Of a stretch of DNA of 64,000 bases, positions 28,132-42,849 are shown one piece after another (position 1 is the first letter of the stretch; the number at the start of each line of letters is the position of its first letter). Made by a program: the position numbers and the translations under genes. The notes below the pieces were generated by a model. That model saw only the letters and a program-made list of their open reading frames with translations, did not search any database and was not told the DNA's origin. The DNA is from Jimgerdemannia flammicorona (lineage: Eukaryota), in contig RBNJ01000013.1 in assembly GCA_003990765.1 (NCBI GenBank), positions 1 to 64,000 on the forward strand. Reading direction: 5' to 3'.

Positions 28132-29890
28132 TATAATATAGCAGACATGTAAGTACACAATCTTAAAGCTACTGAAATTATATATCACTCTCAAAACAAA
28201 TCTGAAAATCACATGCAAGATTATGAAGCTAAGTCAAATTAAAGTTATAGAGTATAAAGCTGAGTTAACTTAAAGTTATAGAATATAAGATTTATATAAA
28301 TAGAGTCTTATCAATTAGAACTAAATATATATATACCAAGTACTTAGATATGTCAAAACAGAGAACTACAACAAACCAAACAAATAATTATAACTCTTAA
28401 ATATATATACAACTATGATCACTGAGATCTACAACTATATCTATACTAATATTTAGAATATCATTGTCAATTGAGTCACACCTCTCCTACCCCTTATGAA
28501 TATTTATCCTAGTACCTCTTTACTTTATGAAAGCCCAATAGAATACTCTGAACATGCTTAGTAAAGTCTACCAAATTGAACAAATCTCAAGCTACTATCA
28601 GATTGGCTATCTCTTAAAAGATATGATTGAACACTACTATATCACAGATATTACTCAGATATCTCAATATCAGAAACTCATTATTTGTAAATATCAAGAA
28701 CTCTTTTATGAGTACAGTATCTTTATTTCCCACCTTTAAGTTACTACTACTAAAATGATTACTACTTTGTTCTATGGCCAAATTGATGATATAGTATAAG
28801 ATCTCAACCATAAGTATATTAAGTATGTTCAAACTACAGATAGAACCTTCTTATATCTTAATAACTATATCCTACAAATATCTTAAGTTGGATATACTAT
28901 GAAGAATATCTATGATATAATTCAGTTTGATAATAATGAAGCAGAAGACAATAACCTCTCTGATGCTAATATGACTTCTAGTTAAAAATTTCTGCCAGCT
29001 CTGCATCTTGCTAATCTTGCTAATGAACTTATAATAGTTTATAACTACCTATAAGACCTATTGGAATAATGACCACTGGCATAAGTACCAACCTACATTT
29101 ATATTCAACTACTTCAACTACAATGAAGAGACTAGAGAATACAACCTATATCTCTAACAACCCTTACAATTGAATCAACAACCCCACTCCCCAAGTATGA
29201 ACAAAATGAACTACAGCTATTAGCCTACTATAATCTTACAACTTATAGTACTATTATCTATAGAAAGTATACAGATAGTGAATCTGATAAAAACAAAGAT
29301 GATGTATCTCTCTTTCACCCTCTAATACTCTATTTAGTATATGAGATAGATGATGCTATCTTGTGAGATAGTAATATAATTCTAACCTACTACTATATAA
29401 AGAACAAAGAGACATAATTCAAGAACTGCTCTTTTTAGATAACTACTTCATCAGAGATGATATCATTGATAGCAACCTCATTAAAGACTACCTAGATAAT
29501 ATCTAAATCTATAAATAGCTTAGCAGTTATTAGTATAGTTAGATTAGCTTTGTATAATATAACTATATACTAACTTAGTAGTCAGATAATATCTTGACAT
29601 GTTAGTTCACACTTATACTATATGACTATATTCTAACTCAATAAGATACTAAATGCTATATCCATATTTAGTATAGTCTAGATAACCTCTCATTAGTATA
29701 AATATCTTCTTTTCTAGATCTTAGAAACTCAGACTCAAACAGATTTAAATATACAAGAACTCCTAAACACTTCTCCATAATATCCCTTCACATACTACTT
29801 CTAGTATAGCAATATTATGAATAGTGAATAAATCTATTTAATAACCCACAAACTACTCTTAAATAAATCTATACTTTATTAGGTCTCACT
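28132..29890 (-). repeat. Probable 5' LTR of element 0 (right boundary uncertain), containing + strand ORF relics
   Basis: Starts TATAATATAGCAGACAT, a transition-mutated form of TGTAACGTAGCGGACGC (reverse complement of 297-313), immediately next to the PBS. Confidence 0.55.
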
Positions 29891-29898
29891 CCTAACTA

Positions 29899-32800
29899 TG
29901 TCATAAAATTTTCTAATTAGATATTATCTGTAGTAATATAATAATTCAACTAAGCTAGTCTTAGTTTCTTAAACTTTCTGAAATACAAAAAATTCTAAAT
30001 ATCCAGAACTAGTCCAAAAAAGAGCTTTGGTTGAGACATCAATCTGATCTTGAAATCAATAAATATAGAGAATGTACTTTATATGAAATTAATCTTAATC
30101 TTAAGAAAACATTTTTCCAGAATACCCAGAACTTCCAGAAAACTCTTCCAGAACTACATAATGGTATTCTAACAAAGTAATCCTCTTATAACTTGGTAAC
30201 AGCAGTTTACAATTCAATTCTACTTTAAGATACTTTCTTACTCTACTATAAAATCTCTATGAGAAATTCTGATAAGTTAATATAAAGCCCAACCTCTGAA
30301 CTGGAATTTATTCTGAACTATCTAACAATCTAGAGAGAATTAAACTTGATATACAAGGACAATTTGACCTCTACACTTATAACAAGTAGGATAGACTTCA
30401 TCTATAAAAAGAAGTACTTTAATTAAATCAGTAAATAAGTAAAACCCTATATATTATCACATAGTGGTTGCTGAGTCCTTCAAATATGCCAGATTCTCTT
30501 CAAGGTGTATCTCTTAGACTAACTCAAGTATGTTATAAGCAAGTTCTTATTGGAGTGCCTTTCCAAGGTCTTATAGTCCTCAAACTTCTTATCTTTAACT
30601 GTTTTGTTATCTCTTAGATTGCTTGCAAGGAAGTGTGTATATTGTACTGAATTAACTAACTTTATTTCAAAGAAATAAGAGGGGTATTTATACAAAATAT
30701 AATTCAATGGTTGCTAAGATATAAAGCTAAATATAAATTTCAATAACTAAAACTACTAAGTTCCAGGGTTGGCACTAGTGGTTGTACAGGTTCAGAATGC
30801 TGGTATAATTCAGTGTCATACATATCAGAATACCAGTGCTGGAACAATTTCGTATCACCTCAGAATGCCAGTGCTGGTATTATCTAGTGTTATATCAAAA
30901 TACTGGTGCTGGCATTATTCAGTGTAACAAAGAACTTAGAGCAGAAAGTTCAGGACCATAGGGGCTTCATCCTTATCATCAGAGGTCAGGATATCTTCAA
31001 AGGAGATGAGATCTGTAAATTTGTCATTGTTGTTACATAGGTCATGTATCTTGTATATGTTGCATGTTTTGCATGCTTTGATGTTGTACAGGATGATGTC
31101 ATCACTGATGACATCATTACATTTGACAGTGGGGAGGAGGTCTGGGGCTCTCCAGTTTATGAGGTTCTCTTCCACAAAGTAGGGAACAAATGTGGGGTCT
31201 TGGGGAGGTCTAATCTGGATGCTTGGGTCTTAGAATACTGAGATCAGTCCTTGCAGGAATTGGTCTGGGTTGTTCTGAAGAATGGAATGCTAGAAGTCTT
31301 CTACTTCATCACTATTGAGAGTGATAGTGGACTGGGCTTCTGTAGCCACCCTGGCTTCTAGTGCATTGATATGACAGGATGACAGGTCTCTGAAATCTGA
31401 GACTCTAACATACTCTAAGTTAGGGATTGACCATAGTGCATGCCTGAAGATCTGATGGATCTTCTTAGCTGTCCTCATTTCATATATATCCATGAGAGTG
31501 GCATCTTGTAGCTCTTGAGTGCTGGCCTGTGGAAACTCCCAGCAGAGGAGGTTTTCTATTTCATACTCCTGCTACATTTGGAGGCATTTGGTGGCAATGG
31601 TGATTCTTGTTTCTATTTTACAGTGATAGAGGATAAAGTGATAGAAATCTGCAGTACCCAGGTTGACACTAGGAGTCCTTCTTGAGCAAGTTCTCATGGC
31701 TCTTCTGATGTCTTGGAATATCCTTTCCTCAACCAAGATGCCTTGGTGGTTCCTTGACCTTGAGGTTTGGTGAGCAGCAGGTATTTTATTTATGGTAAGT
31801 CTTTGAGCTATTTTGGGATTAGTGGTTCTTGTTGGTTGCTGCTACTACAGTTCCTTGATTCTTCTTTTATATTCTTCAGAATGCTTATACTGTGGTCACA
31901 ATGACTCACAGTTGGTCATCATTGCTCATCTTATATGCCATATGATCTCCTTATGCTCTGATCTGGTGGCTTGTAAGGAAAGACTGTCTTCTGTACTGAT
32001 GTCATCATTCTGAGGTCACCATTACATCTTTCTCCTGAATAAGAATCTTCTTGAGCATTCTTATTCATTAGTCCAGTCCTAAAAAATTTGCTGATTCCAT
32101 AACCTCTGATAAGGGGTTGAAAAGTGGTGTTTATGGGCTGGCATCTTCCCTTTGTATTTTGGTGTGATGGTGAAGGGTCACTCCCTTCATATAGAGCAAG
32201 GGCCTGATTCTGATCTTGACCAATCAGTTGACAGTTTGAACTCCTCTGACTTCAAAAGTCTCACAGATGAGTAATTACCAGTGCTGTATCTCTTAGAGAA
32301 TGGTCCAGACAGATAGCCTGCTGGTCACGGGACATACTGTTATGATTTGTAGACTAGAACCTTGTAGGTGGTCATTACATTTTGCTTCTCTTATATAGGT
32401 TTATGGTACTTCTTAAGTCTGTTCCTATATACTGTGGTAGGCAGTATAGTCTCTGAGATTTTTCTAAGCTAGAAGGTAGTTCTCTTGATATCTTACACAT
32501 AGAAGGGTCCTTCCTATTTGGGCTCTAGTTTTTGAGACCATGAGGCTTCTACCATATTTTGATACAGTAGAATCTTTTCTTCAATTCAGATTGGTTCTAG
32601 GGCCTTGTGATTCTTTTTTGCATTCTTCCTTTTCAGTGCTTGTGACTTGATGATGTAATCTTCAGCCTTCTTCCTGATTTGGTGTAGTCTCTGGATTTCT
32701 GCATCAATTCATCTCCAAGTTAAGTCTAGATTTGTGACTGAGGTTCCATCAGAATCTTCTTCTCCAAAGAGCAGCTCCCTTGGGGTAAAGTGTGTGCTCT

Positions 32801-35800
32801 GTAACCATATGTCTTGTAGGACAGAGAGAGTGGTTGGGAGATAGTTATTCCAATTCTCATATGTCTCTGAGATCTTTACTAGGATGTTCTTGAGGGTCTT
32901 GTTGGTTCTCTCTATCTGTCCATTTTCTTGAGGGTAGTATGCAGTGGTCTTGATGTACTGGATCTTATATTTCTGATACATTATCTTATGGAATCTATTG
33001 ACAAATTCCATACCATGGTCTGTTGTGATTTGCTTTGGTGTCTTGGAGCAGCAGATTATTTCTTAGTACAGGAAGTTAGCTATAGAGAGGGCATTGGCTT
33101 CTTATAATGCTCCTGCCTCTACCCATTTAGTGAAGAGGTCTACAATAACTATAATATAGTGGTTTCCTGATAGTATTACTGGTAGTGATCTATTGCAATG
33201 TGGTGGAAGGAGATAAGCTCAATTCTTGATGACCCAGATGCCTGGTCTTATTGATCTTGTTTCTGTTTTTGACACTTGTCACACCCTTCAACAAATTGGC
33301 ACAGGTCTTCTTCCATCTTGGGCCACCATATAATTCTTCTTGCCTTGTCATATGTATTGGTTCCTCCTAGGTATTCTTGCTCATGTACTTCCTTCATTAC
33401 TTAATACTTCTTGTGTTTAGGTATTACTAGCTTTCCTCCTTTTCTGAGTATAGTATTGTTTAGTTCAAACTGTTTCCAAGTCTGGTTGATGATGGTGATT
33501 ATTCAGAGTTTGAGATGGTTGGGCATTTTCCGCTACCCAAGGTAGCTGATTAATCCATAGTATAGCTTCTTATTCATGTTGAATGGTCTTATTGGGAGTG
33601 TTTCAGAGTATCCTTGAGAGTGCATCAGCATTGGTATTGGTTCTTCCTGAGCAGTGCTTGACAGTATAGTCATACTCTTGCAGCCTGTAGATCTATCTGA
33701 TATATATTCCTTTGGGGTTCAGAGTGTGGAATAGCCAGGTAAGGGCAGAATGGTCTGTTTGAATAGTGAAGTGTTTCTCAGCTAGGTAGTAGTAGAACTT
33801 GTCTACTGCCCAAACTACTGCTAAGCATTCAAGCTTGTATGACTTATAGTTCTGTTCTGCTCCACATACCTCAGCTTGTATAGGAGATGACATATTCATA
33901 TCCATCTTTCTTCTGAACTAGGACTGCTTGAAGTCTTATAGCACTTACATCTGTCTGCAGGATGAATTCTAGATTCCAGTCTGGTCTTCTGAGGATAGGT
34001 GCTTGGGTCAACCTGGTCTTGAGTTCATTAAAAATTTCTTAGTACTCCTTGGTCCATTCAAATTTGGTTTTCTTCTTCAGTAGCTCATAGATGGATGCTA
34101 CAATGTTGGAGTATCCTTTGATGAACCTTCTGTAGTAGCTGGCCAGTCCAAGGAAGGCATGGACTTCTGTGGTTGTTCTGGGTCTTAGGTAGGCTACAAC
34201 AGCCTCAATCTTCATAGGGTCTGTATGAATTCCAGTCTGGTTGATGAGGTGTCCTAGGTAGGTGATTTCCTGGACTGCAAACTTGCATTTCTTGGGCTTG
34301 ATGTAGAGGCCATGCTCTTTGAGCTTCTTGAGGGCTAGCTGTATGTGGTCGACATGTTTCTGTACAGTATTGCTGAAGATGATCACATCATCAATATAGA
34401 CAAAGAGCCATTTTCCAATCTCATTACTGAAGACTCTATTCATCATTCACTGTAAACTTACTGGGGCATTGTACATTCCAAATGGCATTCACAGGTAGAT
34501 ATAAGTAGCATCAGGTGTGATGAAGGCTGATTTCTCACTGGCATCTTGACTGAGACCAATCTGATGAAAGCCTGAGAACAGATCCAAGATGGTGTAGTAT
34601 TTGGCTTCACTCCTAAGGGTGGTAAGGATTTCTTGAATATTTGGCAAGGGCTGCCTATCCTTCTTGGTGATAGTATTGAGCTTCCTGTAGTCAATATAGA
34701 GTCTTGGTGCAAACTCTCCAGGCTTGCTTCTTTTCTTCAAGATAAGAACAATGGGTGAAGCCCAGGAGCTGATAGCTTGCTTGATGATTCTGGCTTCTTC
34801 TATTTCCTTGAGTTCTGCTTGCAGCCATTCTCTGTAGGCAGGTGGTATGGGTCTGGCTTTCTGGTAGATGGGCTTAGTATCACCAGTGTCAACTTCATAG
34901 TAGTACTTGGGTTCTTAATTGTGGATATTCCAGAAGTCTGTAGCAAGTACTTCTTCATTCTGATACAGGATCTTGAGAAGTTGTTCCTCCAGGGGAAAGT
35001 TTTCTCCAATAATATATATATGCTTATTCTGGTCCTTGTCTTTCTTGTGCTCAAGTTCAGTAATATTGGTAGTGGTATAGGCTCCTCTTCCAGTAGATCC
35101 AAAGCCTTGTTCTCCTCTCTTGGTCTTGATGAGTTCAATGGCTTCAATGATCTTGGACTTCTTGATTTCGTAGATCAGCATCTGGCCAATCCTGTCATGC
35201 TTCTTGACTTCGAATGGGGTGGTGGGGTTGTGATTTCTGACTATAAGGAAGATCTTACCAGTGTAATCAGGGTCAATTACTCCTCCTTTAACTGAGATTT
35301 CGCTTTTGGCCAGACTGCTCCTGGTTTTGATAATTCCAGTATGGTTCTCTGATAACTTGACTCCAATTCCAGTGCCAAGTAGAGTGGTGGTCTGTGGTTT
35401 GAGGATAGCATCTTGAATACTGACAAGGTCCATTCCTATGGCTCCTTCAGTCTTGTATTCTGGGATCTTGACTTTGGGTAAAACTTCTTGACCTTGAGAG
35501 TGATATCTGATTCTTGTTCCTCCTCATCATTACTGTCAGCTTGAAGCTCTGAGGGCTGGTCATCTTCTTTCACTTTCCTTTTTGCTTTAGCAGCTTCTTG
35601 CTCATGTTTCTATTAGCAGATTTTCCTGACTTCACTGATACAGGACCAGCAGTCATTCAGGTGTTCAGAGAAATACATCCTAGTACTATGATAGTATCTT
35701 CCTTGAGGGGTATACTTATTGATGATCTTATTGTACCACTGTTCATCTGTGAGCTTGGGTGTCTTATTCTTGTTCTTGTTCACTGAGTGTATAAAGACCT

Positions 35801-38800
35801 CTGTGTCTTCTTCATCTCCTTCCTCCATATCTGGTAGGACTCCTTTGTGAACATTGATAGAGACTTATACCTTTCTTTCTCTGTAGTTGATCTGCATCTT
35901 CTGAGCATTGAGGTCAATGATGGCCTTGGCCTTGTGAAGCCATTGGTTACCAATGAGGATGTCATAGTTGGTGGCACTTGTGATAATCACATCCACTAGG
36001 ATAGTAGCTCCTCCTATCTTGATGGAGACTTCTTGGATTTTGCCAAGGGGGGTAGCTCATGTACCATCTGCTGTGACATAAACCATCTTAGTGGACTCTT
36101 CAATGTCTCAGCCTAGGTGGTCAATTGCCTTCTTGCTCATGAGGCATCCTCCAGCATCAGTATCAATGATGACATCAAAGATACAGTCTTCAATCTGACA
36201 TGGGGTATAGGCTGATATCTTGCACTGGTCTTTGGATTCTTTGTCTGAGTTCTTAGATTCTTCCTGTACATTGTGAGCTTCTACAATCTTGTACTCTTGA
36301 TTCTTGGTGGTAGTTGCAAGTCCTACTCTCAACTGCTGTCTAAAGGCAGGAACTTTGGCTAGTTGTCCAAAAGTGGCATTGACCTTCTGTTCCTTGAGGT
36401 CTTTGTAGATATGTATCATACTGATGGATCTTGGTCTTGTGCAGCTTCTGTCTCTTCTTTCTTTCACTTTCTCCTGAGACTGGAGTAGTACCTTCAATGA
36501 TTTGGCAGGCAGCTTCATCTAACTCCATATCTTGATCAATCTCCTCAGGTTGGGTCTTGCTTTGAATAGTGATAGCTGGGGTCTTCTTTGATCTTCCAAC
36601 TGGCTTGCTATTGCTCTTCTTGTCATAGGGCTTGGACCAGGTTCTGGTACCTTCAGTAGCAGGGTAGAATTTGAGCTCTTTATAGTATTTTTCATCATCA
36701 GTATCACTAATCTCCTCGATGACTACTACATTGGTTTGTTCTCTGGTTCTGCTAACATTACTTGGTTGAGCTTTGTGTCTTGTTTTGGTCATGCAATTCT
36801 TTGCATAGTGGTCTTCTTCTCCATATCTGAAGTATATAATATTGCATTCTTCTGTAGCAGCTGCAAATCTCTGCACTGGTCTCCTGTTGATGCTTCAGAC
36901 TTCTCTAATAATATCACCAAGGTGTGCAGTCATCTCAGCGAACTGCTTGGTGAGTTCCTCCACTGGATCAGCTTTGGCTGTCTTGGGGGTAGGTGGGGTT
37001 GGTTGTCTGTTTACAACTATAGTAAATATGATACCAGTTGGTTTTGATGGCTCCATCTTGATGCCAGTTATTTTCTCCATTGAGTGTTTAGCAGAGTGTC
37101 TGGTAGTCTAATATCTCTGTGTAAAGACCACTTTCTGATCAAGAGTCAGTGTAGCTGGGGTAGACTGGATTGCTAGGGCAATTTCAGGGTGAACTCCTTT
37201 GAGGAAGATTGAATCTGCTATTTGTTCCTTGAGGCAGTCATCATAGCCAGCCAAGACAATCTGGTGATAGATTCGAGTATAGAATAAGTTGGGATCTTCA
37301 CTAAGTCTCTGGCAGATAGTATTAAGTTGATCCTTGAGAGCTTGCTTGATCTCTTCAGTATAATATGTTGTTCTGAGGAAGACCTTCATATTAGCAAGTT
37401 TGGCTACACCAGCATCAGTAATAGTGGCTGCATTGAACTTGTCTCTGGCAGGTCCTCTGAGGCTGACTGGTAGAAGGGCCAATTGAGCATCCACACCAAG
37501 GGCTCAGATGGCAGTGAATTGTTCAAAGTCTTCAATGAAGATCAGGATTGACTCTTCAGTAGTATATCCATAGAATGTGGGGGGACACATTTCTATCTTG
37601 TCTTGAATTCTTGCAGGGGTGACTCTTATAGTCAGGGTAGTTGTTGTGGGGGTTGTTCATTTTTTGGCTTATAAGTGAGGGATTCGTCTTAAATCACCAG
37701 CAAATGGGCACCAAGTTGTTATGTAGTGGTTGCTGAGTCCTTCAAATATACCAGATTCTCTTCAAGATATATCTCTTAGACTAACTCAAGTATGTTATAA
37801 GCAAGTTCTTATTGGAGTGCCTTTCCAAGGTCTTATAGTCCTCAAACTTCTTATCTTTAACTGTCTTATTATCTCTTAGATTGCTTGCAAGGAAGTGTGT
37901 ATATTGTACTGAATTGACTGACTTTATTTCAGAGAAATAAGAGAAGTATTTATATAAAATATAATTCAATGGTTGCTAAGATATAAAGCTAAATATAAAT
38001 TCTAATAACTAAAACTACTAAGTTCCAGGGTTGGCACTGGTGGTTGTACAGGTTCAGAATACTGATATAATTCAGTGTTATATCAGAATACCAGTGCTGG
38101 AACAATTTCGCATCACCTCAGAATGCCAGTACTGGCATTATCTAGTATTATATCAAAATACTGGTGCTGGTATTATTCAGTATAACAAAGAACTTAGAGC
38201 AGAAAGTTCAGGACCATAGGGGCTTCATCCTCATCATTAGAGGTCAGGATATCTTCAAAGAAGATGAGGTCCATGAATTTGTCATTATCATTACATAGGT
38301 CACATATCTTGTATATAACATGCATTTTGCATGCTTCAATGTTGCATGGAATGATGTCATCACTAATGATGTCATTATGTTCAGTAGCAGGGAGGAGATC
38401 TGGGGCTCTCCAGTTTATGAGGTTCTCTTCCACAAAGTAGGGAACAAATGTGGGGTCTTGGGGAGGTCTAACCTGGATACTTGGGCCTTAGAATACTGAG
38501 ATCAGTTCTTGCAGGAATTAGTCTGAGTTGTCCTGAAGGATGGGATGCCAGAAGTCTTCTACTTCATCACTATTGAGAGTGATAGTGGACTAGGCTTCTA
38601 TAGCCACTCTGGCTTCTAGTGTATTGATATGGTGGAATGACAGGTCTCTGAAATCTGAGACTCTAACATACTCCAAGTTGGGGATCGACCATGGTACATG
38701 CCTGAAGATCTGATGGATCTTCTTAGCTATCCTCATTTCACATATATCCATAGGAGTGGCATCTTGTAGCTCTTGAGTGCTGGCCTGTGGGAACTCCTGG

Positions 38801-40700
38801 CAGAGGAGATTTCCTATTTCATACTCCTGTTACATTTGGAGACATTTAGTGGCAATGGTGATCCTTGTTTCCATTTCACAGTAATAGAGGATAAAGTGAT
38901 AGAGATCTGCAGTACCCAGGTTGACACTAGGAGTCCTTCTTAAGTGGGTCCTTATAGCTCTTCTGATGTCTTGGAATATCCTTTCCTTGACCAAGATACC
39001 TTGGTGGTTCCTTGATCTTGAGATTTGATGAGCAGCAGATATTTCATTTGTGATAAGTCTTTGAGCTATTTTGGGATTAGTGGTTCTTGTTGATTGCTGC
39101 TACTGTGGTTCCTTGATCCTTCTTTTATATTCTTCAGAATACTTGTACTGTGATCACAATGACTCACAGTTGGTCATTATTGCTCATCTCATATACCATA
39201 TGATCTTCTTGTACTCTGATCTGATGGCTTGTAAGAAAAGGCTGTCTCCTGTACTAATGTCATCATTCTGAGGTCACCATTACAATATTAAACTACTTGC
39301 TCTAAATCTATAATTGATTGGATAAATTATTCTTTGACTATTAAGAAGAAATGCCACAATTTCAAACTATAAGACAAAAAAGACCTACTCAGTTCTAATG
39401 ACTCTAGCCTAAAGATTACTTATATCAATAAGCTATAACTCAAGAAACTAGCTAAGAAATGTCCTCTCTTTGCTATCTCTATCTGACCATCTAAAGGAGA
39501 ACCTAAGAATCTCAAAGAAGACTTTTCCAAAGTTGATAGCTATATCAGACTCTTACTTCAGAAATTCCAAGATATATATATTCTTAAAGAAACTTCTGAA
39601 AAGCCTACCATCTAAACAAGCAGTAGATTATGCCATTAAGACCATCTTAGATACCAAGCCTGTCTTTAAGTCAATCTACTATATATCTCTAAGCGAAATT
39701 GATATACTTAAGAAAGAAATCAATAAACTTCTAGAATAAGGATTTATTAGATCTAATATATGTATTACCATATAGTATATCAGTCCTATTTGTTATCAAA
39801 AAAGGAGAAGACCTGCAAATGTATATAGACTACTGTGACCTTAATGAGAAAACTATTAAGAACTGCTACCCACTATCTCAAATTGATGAAATATTTGATA
39901 GGCTTACCAATTTACAGTTTATGAGCTTTTTTGATCTATAAAATAGCTATTAGCAAATTGCTATAAAGAAAGAAAATATCTACAAAACTGCCTTCTGAAC
40001 CCACTATAGACATTTTGAGTTCCTGGTTATATGTATCTTTTGGCTTAACTAATACTCCAGAAATCTTCTAAATACTAATGAATACTATTCTACATCTGTA
40101 TTTAAACAAATTTATTATTATCTATATTGATAACATCCTAGTCTTTAGCAAAACCCTGGAGGAATATCTCAAACATCTTAAACTAGTACTACTGAAACTC
40201 TAAGAAGACTGACTCTTTACAAAACTCAGCAAATATGAAATTCTTTGGATATATTATCACTCTCAATAGAATCAAAGTAGACCCCAGCAAAATCTCTACA
40301 ATTAAGGAATAACCCAAACTCAAAAAGTTGAAAGATCTATAGGATTAGTAAACTATTATCAGTAATTTATTACCAACTTTACCAAAATTGCTACTATTCT
40401 TACCTAAATGACTAAGTATAGTAAGAAAGAAGAATAGCTTTAGATTACAAAATAAGAAAAAGACTTTAATAATCTTATAAATTAGGGACTTGAATAAGAT
40501 ATAGTCTTTTAAGTTCTGAAGGCTACCTTAATAACCACTCTAGTACTTCAAGTAGAAAATCTTACCCTTCTATATAAAGTTACTACTGATATCTCTGATC
40601 TAGCTCTTGAAGTAATACTTATATAAAAAGGATACCCTGTAGTCTATCATTCTTATAAGTTTAATAATATCAAAATTAACTACATAACTAATGAAAAGAT
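29899..40700 (+). mobile_element. Degenerate second-family Ty3/Gypsy element interrupted by copy C (boundaries approximate)
   Basis: RT and RNase H relic 39600-40700: VLFVIKKGEDLQMYIDY.DLNEKTIKN.YPL..IDE, YIDNILVFSKTLEE, VTTD.SD.AL. Confidence 0.75.
30455..39284 (-). mobile_element. Ty3/Gypsy copy C (full length)
   Basis: LTRs 37717-39284 (5') and 30455-32026 (3'); TSD ATAT at 30451-30454 and 39285-39288; polyprotein 33570-37660; integrase 32340-33577. Confidence 0.96.
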
Positions 40701-42413
40701 ATTTCAATACTCATAAGTGAGAGTATACTTCTACTACTACTAAATTATAATAAAACTATATACTAATAGAATCAATATATTACAGATAATCAGAGATAAC
40801 TATCAGCTCTAAGTTCTGAGTTTGTAAGAAAGTACTAAGTTCCTTTTATCTGTTATAAAGATATAGTCTAAGTATTACTTTTAGGTTCTTATATCAGGTA
40901 AGAGTATTATATTTATATTTCAAGTTGATTAGACTTAGAATCATTAATAAGTTAGATCTGAGAGTTCTAGATAAGAATACTTTTTTATTCTTAAGAGGAG
41001 AAAGTAGAGCTGAGATTATAATATATTGAGTATATTTATATATATTTATACTATATATAATATCTATAACTACTATATTGAAAATTCTATTATAAATTCT
41101 ATTAAAACTTCTATTAATATTTTTATTGAAAATTTTATTATAATTTTCAATAACTTATTATTATATAATAAACTATTATAATTATTATATAAGAGTATTA
41201 TATAGTAATATTATAAGATTATTATTATATATTTTATAATTAAAAGAGTAGTTAGAATTATTTAAATATAAAAAGTACTTCAATATTTAGTAAGAAAGTG
41301 GAGTGATGCAGATCTCAAAATATTGGCTAAAAGAATGCAAAATACTATCAGACTTCTGATTGGCTTTTGAGAGCTAATTAGAAATATAGTCTTTAGGTAG
41401 AGTAAATAGAAAGTAGTGAGATACCCTCTAATCATAACTAGTAGATAAAGTTGGCAATAAGTAGCTTTATATAAGATAAGTTCTTATAGTATAGGTTAAC
41501 CTTTTTGAACATTAACTATTTATCTTTAAGAATAGTCAGTAGCTATTACTAGAGGCAAGAGTACATAGTAAGATAAGAGTGATTATTAGTAGAATTGTTG
41601 AATAAGTAGTAGACTGGATGAGGTCCTGGAAGAAGTCTATACTATAGACTATTGGAGCAGATTTATATGAAGAGTGGGGAGAGAATTTGAATAATTGGGA
41701 GAATAGTTGAATTTTATAAAAAAGAGAGTAAAGACAGACTCTATAGGGGAGTTGAATAAGAGGTAAGACTTTACTATTATATTGTATAGATATAAATTAG
41801 TTTAGTAATAAATGTGAGAGTCTAAGTAACTATTAAAAAAAAAAAATTAAAAATTAAAAATACTAAAATTGTTATTATAATTAATAATCTACAAATTGAT
41901 CTAAATACATATTAGTAAATAAATTATTATTATTGAGCTTAAAGATAAATCTAATAATAATTTCTTTAACTACTCTTTTTTCCACTATCATACTAGTTAT
42001 AAGACTTTAGTTAGCAATCTTCTAAGTTTCTTTTCTTTAACTTATTTTATCTCTATCTCAAGTTGGTTTACTATACTTGTTGTAGAGTAGTAAGAGAAAG
42101 ATAATAGTGATGAGTTACTTCTTTATTAGTATCAGATTAGTACTTTCTCTATTTTTTTATAATTTCTGATATCTCTGGCTATATCTAGAGTATACTTATT
42201 TTAGAATAGTATTTTCTTTCTTTTGCTATTATTAATAAGATATTATTGTGATATATTATGAGTTATATAGAGAATAAGTCAATCTTGGACATCAAGTATT
42301 AATATAGACTATCTGCAGATTATTAGTATCTGTGGTAGAGTTCTCTGAGCTTTAGTAAGCTTTCTGATAATATAAGTAACTAGTATTAGATTGAGAGAAG
42401 AGATGGCTATCAT
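40700..42413. other. Extremely AT-rich, unassignable repeat relic; probably continues at 48253-48558 and after 57326
   Basis: No CpG and no recognisable motif; target of the hAT insertion. Confidence 0.35.
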
Positions 42414-42849
42414 TAGTGCTCTGCAAATCTGACCTGATTAACCTGAAACCCAACCCATAAAACAGCCAACCCAGAATTAGATATCATCTATCTTTAACCC
42501 AATCCAGAATTACATATATATCACCCATCTTTAATCTGACCTGGAATTATACATCACCTATCTTTAACCCAACCCAGAATTGTACATCACCTGTCTTTAA
42601 CTCAACTCAGAAAGATACATTACCCATCTTTAACTCAACTCAGAATTAAACATAACCTATCTTTAACCCAATCTGGAAATGTATATCATCTGATCCATTA
42701 TTTATCCTTAACTCAAACCTAAACCTGACCCCTGAACCCAACCCTAAACCTGACTCCTGAACTCAATCCTGAACCTGACTCTCTGAACTCTGCCCTGAAA
42801 AAATGATTTAGAAAATATTTAGATAATATTCAGAGCAATTGGAAGTAAA

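Noticed and set aside
40700-42413. Centromere core within the repeat block
   Set aside because: The AT-richness is explained by hypermutation of an old repeat, and there is no sequence-level evidence for a centromere.
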